Assembly (NCBI GenBank): GCA_963798845.1 | Contig: CAWCUS010000006.1 | Location: 576,001-640,000, forward strand | DNA length: 64,000 nucleotides | Direction: 5' to 3' | Origin: an uncultured Gemmatimonadales bacterium | GTDB taxonomy: Bacteria; Gemmatimonadota; Gemmatimonadetes; Longimicrobiales; RSA9 | Shown: positions 46,130 through 53,718 of the stretch, piece by piece | Position numbering within the stretch: position 1 is the first letter of the stretch | Layout of the letters: each line of letters opens with the position of its first letter | Made by a program: the position numbers and the translations under genes | Notes under the pieces: generated by a model | What the model saw: only the letters and a program-made list of their open reading frames with translations | Told to the model about the DNA's origin: nothing | Database searches by the model: none

Positions 46130-46990
46130 TCAGCCCTGGTGCCGCGGTGTGTCGTCGCGCGTGCAGCGGAGCGTGCCGTCTGCGGGGGTAAAGGTGACCC
46201 ATCGCTGGCCGTCGGACAACTGCTGGTCCGTGACCGGGGAGCAGAGCGGAGCGACGTGGTCGCCGCGAACGACGAGGGCGGGCTGGTCGCCCGCCTCGAG
46301 GGTGAAGTCGGCGGTGCCGGCGGGGAGTTCGACCACGAGGTCCAGGGGTGGCCCGGCCGGCCTGATCTCGATGTCCGCGGGGTCGCCCGGCTGGACGGTC
46401 AGCGGTCGGCTGGCGTCGATCCGGAAATGTTCGGTGCCGACGCGCACGGTGATGCTGCGGATCCCGGACAGGTCCGGCACGCGGACGGTGCGCGCGGGTG
46501 TGGCGTCGGCGTAGGTCGTGAAGAGGCGGGTGTGGAAGCGGCCCGCGGCGTCCGGAGTCCACGCGGCCGCGGCCGCGGGCTGGCCGGGTGCGGCCTGCTC
46601 GTGCCACCGGAACGACCGGCCGGCATCCCAGCCGCCGATGGTCTCGGCGCCCGTGCGACCGGGGAGCTGGACCGAGACCCACACGCCGCTGGGAACGGTG
46701 ATCATGTAGTCCACCGGCCCGTCACCGGAAGCGGCGAGCGTGAGCTCCTCCTGCTCGGAGAGTCCCGCGTCGGTGAAGCCGCGATCCGAGCGGCTGGCGA
46801 CGTGGACGGCACCGGGCTCCCCGCGCATGACCTGGAGCGACCCGGCAGCGTTGGCATCGACGTTCACTCTGAGGGAGGTTCCGGCGAACGCGAAGCTCTG
46901 CCGGGCCACCTGCCACTCCTGGGCCGCCGCGGGGGCGACGACCGTTCCCATCGTCGCGGCTGCGACGACGACCGCGTTGTAGAATTTCAT
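46130..46990 (-). CDS. Secreted hypothetical protein
   Basis: ATG 46990 with GAGGAG RBS. Signal peptide MKFYNAVVVAAATMGTVVAPAAA-Q followed by a beta-rich body. Confidence 0.8.
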   Translation of the reverse strand: MKFYNAVVVAAATMGTVVAPAAAQEWQVARQSFAFAGTSLRVNVDANAAGSLQVMRGEPGAVHVASRSDRGFTDAGLSEQEELTLAASGDGPVDYMITVPSGVWVSVQLPGRTGAETIGGWDAGRSFRWHEQAAPGQPAAAAAWTPDAAGRFHTRLFTTYADATPARTVRVPDLSGIRSITVRVGTEHFRIDASRPLTVQPGDPADIEIRPAGPPLDLVVELPAGTADFTLEAGDQPALVVRGDHVAPLCSPVTDQQLSDGQRWVTFTPADGTLRCTRDDTPRHQG

Positions 46991-47049
46991 GGCCAGCTCC
47001 TCCCTTTGACTCCACGTCCATCTAGCCCCGGCAGCGTGCCGGGGTTCCG

Positions 47050-47634
47050 TCATCCGGGGCTGTCCGGGCTGTCGGGGCGGGCGGCGGCGGCGGCTTCCTC
47101 GCCGGTGGCGGTGCGGACGCCGCCCGGATCGGCGACCAGCTTGAGGGTGCGCACGAGGGTCGATTGGCGCGCTTCCGGATCGCGCGCCAGCACCGCCGCC
47201 GCGATCTCGTTGGTCCGTTCCGGGTCGGTGCTCTCCAGAGTTCCCTCCGCCGTGACCGTCTGGCCCCGGCGCACGTGATGTGGCGAGTCCACGCGGATGA
47301 TGCGCGACCCCGACAGCAGCCAGAAGACGCCGCTCCCGGTCGCCACGACCTTTCCGCTGGCGTGGGCCTGCTTGTGCTCGGCCCGTCCATCGAGCGGGGC
47401 GAATTCCGCGAGGCTGGGGGAGGACGAACCCTGGTAGGCTGCGCGCGGAGCCATGGGGATCTCGGCGGGCAGCGTCACGTCGGCGGCCGAGTCGGCGGTC
47501 TCGGGCGGTGAGCCGTTCGGCTCGTCTGCGCTCAGCAGCGTGGTGACGCCCCATCCCAGCAAGCCGAGCACCACCAGCCCGGCAAGCCACGGCCAGTTGG
47601 AACGCTGCTTCCTGCTGATGTCGGTGTGCTGCAT
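47050..47634 (-). CDS. Hypothetical single-pass membrane protein
   Basis: MQHTDISRKQRSNWPWLAGLVVLGLLGWGV TM helix followed by an OB-like beta domain. Confidence 0.7.
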   Translation of the reverse strand: MQHTDISRKQRSNWPWLAGLVVLGLLGWGVTTLLSADEPNGSPPETADSAADVTLPAEIPMAPRAAYQGSSSPSLAEFAPLDGRAEHKQAHASGKVVATGSGVFWLLSGSRIIRVDSPHHVRRGQTVTAEGTLESTDPERTNEIAAAVLARDPEARQSTLVRTLKLVADPGGVRTATGEEAAAAARPDSPDSPG

Positions 47635-47728
47635 AGGTTCATGCCAGTGCCCGGTTTCGTCCACCCGCCGTCCCCGCCGCGCCTGGGGGAGCGAGTGCAA
47701 CAAGTGTTCCCCCGACACCTCGGGCTGC

Positions 47729-47791
47729 GCTGCGGCCCCGCGCCTCGTTGCTGCGGCCACGCGCCTCGTTGCTGCGGCCACGCGCCTCGTT
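47729..47791. repeat. 21-nt tandem repeat x3 abutting the PBP1A stop codon
   Basis: GCTGCGGCC(A/C)CGCGCCTCGTT at 47729, 47750 and 47771. Confidence 0.9.
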
Positions 47792-50274
47792 CAGCCTCGG
47801 CGGGCGTGCCCGTGGCCCACGCCCGAGGTGTCGGGGCGGGGACGGGCCGGTCGGCCGGCGGCGGGCTTCGTCGCCCCGCTGGTGCTGTCGGGCCTGGCGG
47901 TGGAGCCGGTATCGGGCCTGGTGGACCCGGTGTCCGGCCTGGTCGGCCGGGCGCCGGAGGTGTCGGGCTCCGCCTCGCCGTGGAGGCGCAGGGTGTCGCG
48001 GTGGATGCGGATCGTGTCGGGTGGTGGGGTGCGGCTCCGGTCCGGGAGGATCGTATCGGGCCGCTCCTGGGGGCGGTGCTGCTGCCCCTCGTCCTCGTCG
48101 CCGAAGATCCGGTTGCGGAGGCGGTCCCACCACGACGAGCCGGACTCGTACCGGCCTGTGGAGTCCGTGTACAGGGAGTCGTAGCCGTAGCCGTACCCGC
48201 CGCAGCCCCACGCCCGGACGGTCCCGCGCAGGAAGTACTCTTGGTGGACCCCGCCCATCACCGGACACCCCTCTGCGAGCACGTTGCCGTTGTCGTCCAC
48301 CTCGTAGCGCTCCACGCCGGGCGGCGGTGTCCAGTCCTGGTTGTGCGTGGCCACGGTCCGCATGATCCGGCCCCAGACCGGCGCCGCGAGGCGGCCGCCC
48401 GTGGCGCCGTGCATGATCCGCTGCGGGCGGTCCATGCCGATCCAGATGCCCGTCGTGATCTCCGGCGTGAAGCCGATGAACCAGGCGTCGGCGGACTCGT
48501 TGGTGGTGCCGGTCTTCCCCGCGGCGGGGGCCGTGAAGCCGGCGCGGCGGACGGCGTATCCGGTGCCCTGGTCGATCACGCCCCGCATCAGGTCGACGGT
48601 CACGAACGCCACGTCGGAGTCCAGCACGTGACGGGCGCGTGGCGGGACCTGGAGGACGACCCGGCCGTCCCGATCCGTGACGCTCGTGATGTAGCGGGGG
48701 TCGGGACGGTCCCCGAGCGTGGCGAAGGTGGAGTAGGCAGCGACCATCTCCACGAGGTTCACGTCGGCGGCTCCGATGGCGATGGAGGGGAAGTGGGGTA
48801 TGTCCTCGGAGATGCCGAGGTTCCTGGCCATGTCGATGACGCGGTCGAGGCCGACCTCCTGGGCGAGCCGGATGGTGGCCACGTTCTTCGAGTCGATGAG
48901 CGCCTCGCGCATGGTCACCCGCCCCGAATAGCTCCCATCGTAGTTCTTCGGCTCCCACACCCGCCCGTTCTGCACCAGCCGGTAGGGGGTGTCCTCCAGG
49001 ATCGTGGTGGGCGGGTAGCCGGCCTGGACGGCGGCGGCGTAGACGAATGGCTTGAACGCGCTTCCCGGCTGGCGCAGCGCCTGGGTCGCGCGATTGAACT
49101 TGGACGCCTCGAAATCGCGCCCCCCCACCAGGGCGAGCACGTCCCCGGAATGCGCGTCCATGACCACGGCGGCGGCCTGGAGGTAGGGCGAGGCGGCGGC
49201 GGAGTCGTCGGCCGCGTCGTCGGTCGCCTCCTCGAACGAGGCGTGGCCGTAATACCCGTAGCGCCCGGCCTCGATGGCGCGCAGCTGCTGCTTCAGGTCA
49301 CTCTGCGCGGCCTCCTGCGCCTCCAGGTCGAGTGTGGTGTGGATGCGGTACCCTTCCGTGTACAGCGCATCGCCCAGACGGTCCTCGAGCAGCTTCCGGA
49401 CGTGCTCGACGAAGTAGGGCGCGCGGTTCGCCGACTCCGCCTCGCCGTGCGCCAGCTCGGGCTCCGACTCCTCGACCTCGTTGGCCCTCGCCTCGGTGAT
49501 GTAGCCGGCGCTCACCATGCGCCGCAGCACCGTCTTCCGCCGCCGCAGCGCCGCGGCCATGTTCTCTCGCGGGTTGAGCCGGGACGGGGCCTGCGGAAGC
49601 CCCGCCAGCAGCGCGGCCTCCCCCAGCGTCAGCTGCGTGGCACGGTGGCCGAAGTACTCCTGCGACGCGGCTTCGATCCCCCATGCTCCACTGCCGAAGT
49701 AGATCTGGTTGAGGTAGAGCTCGAGGATCTCGTCCTTCGTGAAGCGGCCCTCGATCTCCCGCGCCACCTTGATCTCCGAGATCTTCCGGGTCAGCGTCCG
49801 CTGCTGGACGGGGAGACGCTTCGGAAAGACGTTCCTCGCCACCTGCATCGTGATGGTGCTGAACCCTTCCTCGATCCCGCCCGCCCGGATGTTCTGCCAG
49901 AGGGCGCCGAGCACGCGCGACCAGTCGACGCCGCCGTGATGGTAGAAGTCCTGGTCCTCCGTGGCGACGAAGGCCTGGGGCACGTAATCGGGCAGCGAGT
50001 CGAGGCCCACCACCACCCGGTTCACCTTGAACAGCCGACCCACTTCCTCACCGTCTCGGTCCAGCACCACGGACGCCTCGTCGGGGACGAACCCGCTCAC
50101 CTGCTCGACGGATGGGCAGCCCTGGAAGGCGCACGTCTCGTAGGCGGCGAAGAACACACCGGCGACGATGAAGCCGACGACGAATACGGCGACGACGATC
50201 GCCGTCAGAGAGAATGCTCCCGGGCGGTTCCTGCTCTTCCGCCCCTGGCCGGAACGCTGATCTTCGGTTGCCAC
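47791..50274 (-). CDS. Class A penicillin-binding protein (PBP1A family)
   Basis: GT51 motifs EDQDFYHHGG, GFSTITMQVARN and YLNQIYFG. Transpeptidase motifs SAFK, SKN and KTG. Confidence 0.96.
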   Translation of the reverse strand: MATEDQRSGQGRKSRNRPGAFSLTAIVVAVFVVGFIVAGVFFAAYETCAFQGCPSVEQVSGFVPDEASVVLDRDGEEVGRLFKVNRVVVGLDSLPDYVPQAFVATEDQDFYHHGGVDWSRVLGALWQNIRAGGIEEGFSTITMQVARNVFPKRLPVQQRTLTRKISEIKVAREIEGRFTKDEILELYLNQIYFGSGAWGIEAASQEYFGHRATQLTLGEAALLAGLPQAPSRLNPRENMAAALRRRKTVLRRMVSAGYITEARANEVEESEPELAHGEAESANRAPYFVEHVRKLLEDRLGDALYTEGYRIHTTLDLEAQEAAQSDLKQQLRAIEAGRYGYYGHASFEEATDDAADDSAAASPYLQAAAVVMDAHSGDVLALVGGRDFEASKFNRATQALRQPGSAFKPFVYAAAVQAGYPPTTILEDTPYRLVQNGRVWEPKNYDGSYSGRVTMREALIDSKNVATIRLAQEVGLDRVIDMARNLGISEDIPHFPSIAIGAADVNLVEMVAAYSTFATLGDRPDPRYITSVTDRDGRVVLQVPPRARHVLDSDVAFVTVDLMRGVIDQGTGYAVRRAGFTAPAAGKTGTTNESADAWFIGFTPEITTGIWIGMDRPQRIMHGATGGRLAAPVWGRIMRTVATHNQDWTPPPGVERYEVDDNGNVLAEGCPVMGGVHQEYFLRGTVRAWGCGGYGYGYDSLYTDSTGRYESGSSWWDRLRNRIFGDEDEGQQHRPQERPDTILPDRSRTPPPDTIRIHRDTLRLHGEAEPDTSGARPTRPDTGSTRPDTGSTARPDSTSGATKPAAGRPARPRPDTSGVGHGHARRG

Positions 50275-50368
50275 GAAGCCTGGTTGTTGCGGGTCATGTC
50301 GCCGTACGTGCTGCGGGGTCCGTATGTGGCAAGTAACAGGCCGGGCAGCGCGGCGGGGCGTCCGGATT

Positions 50369-50397
50369 TTGCGGATCGTCGAGGACGCGACTAGCTT
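50369..50397 (+). promoter_or_regulatory. Sigma70-type promoter of the paa-like operon
   Basis: TTGCGG-N17-TAGCTT. Confidence 0.6.
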
Positions 50398-50428
50398 TGG
50401 TGGCCCTCACCCTACCCGAGGAGCCTGC

Positions 50429-51370
50429 ATGACCCGGTACACCGAGGAAGAGCTCAAGCAGAAGGTCCAGGACGGGTACATCCTGGAATCACCGGACGAG
50501 ATGACGCCGGGGTACCGCAAGGCGCTGACCGTCCAGCTGCTGGTCCAGGGCGACACGGAGCTCATGAGTGCCCCGGCCTACTGGGGCGCGGCGCAGGACG
50601 CCCCGTCCACGAACACAATGGTGAGCGCGGTGGCCATCATCCAGGACGAGCTGGCCCACGCGAACATCGCCTATCGGATCCTGGAGGACATGGGGCAGGA
50701 CAAGGAGCACCTGCTGTACGGCCGCGAGCCCCACGAGTTCAAGCACCCGTACGGCTTCGACCAGCCTCTGGAGAACTGGGCCGAGCTGGTGACGGCCAAC
50801 GGCTTCTTCGACCGCGCCGGGATCACGCTGCTCTCCGATGTCTTCCGGAACACCAGCTACGGTCCGCTCAAGCGCGCGCTGGTGAAGGTGGACATGGAGG
50901 AGACGTTCCACCTCCGGCATGGCGAGGTCTGGATGCGCCGCCTCTCCGCGGCCGGCGGCGAGGCGAAGGAGAAGCTGCAACGGGCCGTCGACTGGATGTT
51001 CCCGATCACCGTGGAGTGGTTCGGCCTCCCGGACGAGCTCAAGCGTCACAGCGACCAGCTCGCCTACCGGCTCAAGGGGATGACCAACGACGAGCTGCGG
51101 CAGACGTGGATGAGCTCAACGGTGCCGCTGTGCGAGTCCATCGGCATCGAGGTCCCGGCCCATCTCGACGAGCGCACCGGCCAGTACGTCCTGGAGTACC
51201 CGTTCCCGTGCGGGTACGACGCGGAGGCGAAGGCGTGGGACTTCGCGGGCGGGGAGATCACGTGGGACCGGGTCTTCGAGCGCTGGAAGGCGCGAGGCCC
51301 GATGAACGAGCGCTATGTCGAGTCGGTGCGGCGCAGTCACCTGGACGTCAACCGGCTGCTCGCCGCGTGA
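50429..51370 (+). CDS. paaA: PaaA-like di-iron ferritin-fold oxygenase subunit (divergent phenylacetyl-CoA epoxidase family)
   Basis: MTPGYRKAL, GDTE, QDELAH, FFDRAG, TSYGPLKRAL and EETFH motifs. GAGGAG RBS. Confidence 0.85.
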   Translation: MTRYTEEELKQKVQDGYILESPDEMTPGYRKALTVQLLVQGDTELMSAPAYWGAAQDAPSTNTMVSAVAIIQDELAHANIAYRILEDMGQDKEHLLYGREPHEFKHPYGFDQPLENWAELVTANGFFDRAGITLLSDVFRNTSYGPLKRALVKVDMEETFHLRHGEVWMRRLSAAGGEAKEKLQRAVDWMFPITVEWFGLPDELKRHSDQLAYRLKGMTNDELRQTWMSSTVPLCESIGIEVPAHLDERTGQYVLEYPFPCGYDAEAKAWDFAGGEITWDRVFERWKARGPMNERYVESVRRSHLDVNRLLAA

Positions 51371-51819
51371 GTGCGTCTCCGGCGATCGGACCGGACGAGC
51401 CGGGTGCCCGGTCGGGGAGCGGGGCGGCGGAGCGCTCCGCGGTAGGGATCCGCGGTCCGGCCCTGAACGCGTCGGTCGGCGCGCCGTTGCTGGACCACGT
51501 GATCGTGCGGCCCGGCCAGGAGCGGCACTGGCGCGCGCTCAAGGAGGTGCTGGACCCGGAGCTCCCGATCAGCGTGGTGGACATGGGGCTGATCTACGAC
51601 ATCCGGGAGTCGGGCGGCTGCGTGGACGTGACCATGACGTTCACTGCCACGGCGTGCCCGTGCATGACGCTGATGCAGGGGGACGTCCGGGATCGTCTGC
51701 TGCGGCAGGCCGGCGTGGAGCGGGTCGTGGTGGAGGTGGTGTGGGACCCGCCCTGGACCCGCGGCATGATCACGGAGGAAGGGCGGGCGACGCTGCGCAG
51801 GTACGGCGTGGCCGCCTGA
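51367..51819 (+). CDS. DUF59/FeS_assembly_P protein (PaaD N-terminal-like)
   Basis: LKEVLDPELPISVVDMGLIYDI, TFTATACP and VWDPPWT motifs. GTGA overlap with the paaA-like stop. Confidence 0.88.
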   Translation: MSASPAIGPDEPGARSGSGAAERSAVGIRGPALNASVGAPLLDHVIVRPGQERHWRALKEVLDPELPISVVDMGLIYDIRESGGCVDVTMTFTATACPCMTLMQGDVRDRLLRQAGVERVVVEVVWDPPWTRGMITEEGRATLRRYGVAA

Positions 51820-51848
51820 CAGGATCGGCCAGAGACAGGGACAGGCAA

Positions 51849-52055
51849 ATGATCTTCGAAGTCTTCGCTCGCAAGTCCCGGGGTGAGCCGCTGCGCCACA
51901 TCGGGAGCCTGAACGCGCCCGAGGCCGAGCTGGCGAGGGTGTACGCCTTCAACACGTACGACGAGGAGCGCTGGTTCGACATGTACGTGGTGGCGAGGGA
52001 CGACTTGCACGAGGTGTTCACGGTCGATCGGGGTGAGCCCGTGGAGGCCGGGTGA
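51849..52055 (+). CDS. paaB: PaaB-like small subunit
   Basis: MIFEVFARKSRGEPLRHIGSLNAPEAELA matches the PaaB pattern EVF...H.GSL.A...E.A. Confidence 0.8.
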   Translation: MIFEVFARKSRGEPLRHIGSLNAPEAELARVYAFNTYDEERWFDMYVVARDDLHEVFTVDRGEPVEAG

Positions 52056-52849
52056 GCACCCAGACGCGTGCGGCGCTCGACGAGTCGACGCGCGCTGCCG
52101 TCCGGGACCTGATTCTCGTGCTGGCGGACAGCAAGCGGCTGCTCGGCTACCGCTATGCCGAGTGGATGCTGGGCGCCCCGGAGCTGGAGACGGGCATCGC
52201 GTGCTCGTCCATGGCCCAGGACGAGTGGGGACACGCTCGCCTGCTGTACGCGCTGCTGAAGGACTTCGACGACGACGTGGACGCCCTGGAGCACGGCCGT
52301 CCCGCCGCCGAATACCGGTCCATTGCCGCGCTCGACGCTCCGCCGGACGGGTGGCCGGGAGTGGTCGCGCTCATGGTCCTGGTCGACGGCGCGCTCTGCG
52401 TCCAGTTCGAGGCGCTGCGCGGCTCCGCCTACGAGCCGCTCCGCCAGCGCATGGCGAAGATGCTCGAGGAGGAGCGGTTCCACGCCGCCCACGGCAGCGC
52501 GTGGCTGCGACGCCTGGCCGGCGGCGGCAATGCGTCGCGCGCCGCGATGGTGGCGGCCATCGAGGAGATGATCGGGCCGGTGCTCGCGTGGTTCGGCCCC
52601 GACGGCGGGAGCGGGGCGTCACTGGTGGAGGCGGGGATCGCGGACGCGGCAGGGGGCGGGCTGCGTCGTCGGTTCCTGGAGAGGGTGGCGCCGCTTCTCG
52701 ACGCTGCGGGACTCGATGCCCCGGGCATGGCCGATCCCGACCTGGCCGGCTTCGACCCCGTTCGCCGGCGGGTGGGTGGCGGTGCGCCCGACGAGGGGAC
52801 CGTCGCGAAGATCCGGGGCGACCGGAACCGTCCGTTCCTCATGGATTGA
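52052..52849 (+). CDS. paaC: PaaC-like ferritin-fold subunit
   Basis: LADSKRLLGYRYAEWMLGAPELE, QDEWGH, EEERFH and WLRRL motifs. Confidence 0.85.
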   Translation: MSTQTRAALDESTRAAVRDLILVLADSKRLLGYRYAEWMLGAPELETGIACSSMAQDEWGHARLLYALLKDFDDDVDALEHGRPAAEYRSIAALDAPPDGWPGVVALMVLVDGALCVQFEALRGSAYEPLRQRMAKMLEEERFHAAHGSAWLRRLAGGGNASRAAMVAAIEEMIGPVLAWFGPDGGSGASLVEAGIADAAGGGLRRRFLERVAPLLDAAGLDAPGMADPDLAGFDPVRRRVGGGAPDEGTVAKIRGDRNRPFLMD

Positions 52850-53061
52850 TGACGACGCCCAGGTTCGACGCCCGCGACTACGGTCTGCCGGAGCACGTCC
52901 CGTGCACGTTCTGCGGCGGCGAGGACACCGAGCTGCACTCCCCGTTCGGAAGCGCGCTCTCCGTCTCCACCTACTGGTGCCGCCGGTGCTACACGGCGTT
53001 CGAATGGGTGAAATGGAAGGAGCGGGATCCCGGCGTATCGCCGGGTGACCCCGCTCCGTGA
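52849..53061 (+). CDS. Stand-alone PaaD-like C-terminal zinc-ribbon protein
   Basis: TGATG coupling to the upstream gene. CTFCGGEDTELHSPFGSALSVSTYWCRRCYTAFEWVK resembles the PaaD C-terminus. Confidence 0.8.
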   Translation: MTTPRFDARDYGLPEHVPCTFCGGEDTELHSPFGSALSVSTYWCRRCYTAFEWVKWKERDPGVSPGDPAP

Positions 53062-53097
53062 GCTCGTTGCCGGGCCGGGCGCCGGGCCGAGGCGGCG

Positions 53098-53610
53098 TCA
53101 GCTCGCCAGATCGATGTCCTCGAGGAAGTCGCGCAGCGGCCCGGCCGTGACGGTGGCGGCCTCGGCCAGGTCGAGCGTGATGCCCGGCCGGTGCATCCCG
53201 TTCACCAGGACGTGGTGCGCGGCGACCTCCACGACCTTCTTGTCCGTCTGGTTCGACGCAGCGTCGTAGTACTCCGTGTAGCGCGCGCTCACCCGCTGCT
53301 CGAAGAGCGGCAGCTGGACGCGGGAAAAAGAGCCCGCGGCCATGTCCTCGTAAACCGCGCCGTGCATGGCGTCGAGCACCTCACGGACTTCGTCGGGGTA
53401 GGCGCCGAACGCCTGCTGGCACGCCCGCGTGTGAAGCCACATGAAGAAGATCAGCGCCTCTTCCGGCTCTATCGTGGGGAGCACCAGGACGGCGGCATCG
53501 CCGTGGTCATCATCCTGCGCGGGGATTCCCCGACGCTCGATGAAGTCGGAGAAGCTTTCCCACACCAGCTGAGCCAGGTTGTCACCCAGCTCCGGGGCCG
53601 ACATGCGCAT
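53098..53610 (-). CDS. Hypothetical alpha-helical protein
   Basis: GGAGG RBS 7 nt before ATG 53610 and coding-like codon bias. No family recognised. Confidence 0.75.
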   Translation of the reverse strand: MRMSAPELGDNLAQLVWESFSDFIERRGIPAQDDDHGDAAVLVLPTIEPEEALIFFMWLHTRACQQAFGAYPDEVREVLDAMHGAVYEDMAAGSFSRVQLPLFEQRVSARYTEYYDAASNQTDKKVVEVAAHHVLVNGMHRPGITLDLAEAATVTAGPLRDFLEDIDLAS

Positions 53611-53718
53611 GTTCAAGCCTCCGATCTTGGTCCAGGGGGATGGCTAATAGGGTCGAGAGCGGGCAGTGGTGTCAAGGTTTTCGGACGTGGCTCCGGCGCC
53701 CTCGGGGGGACGTGAGTC

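Noticed and set aside
47631..47646. Possible sigma54 site TGGCATGAACCTATGC (minus strand)
   Set aside because: GG-GC spacing is 11 rather than 10, and it overlaps the ATG of the downstream gene.
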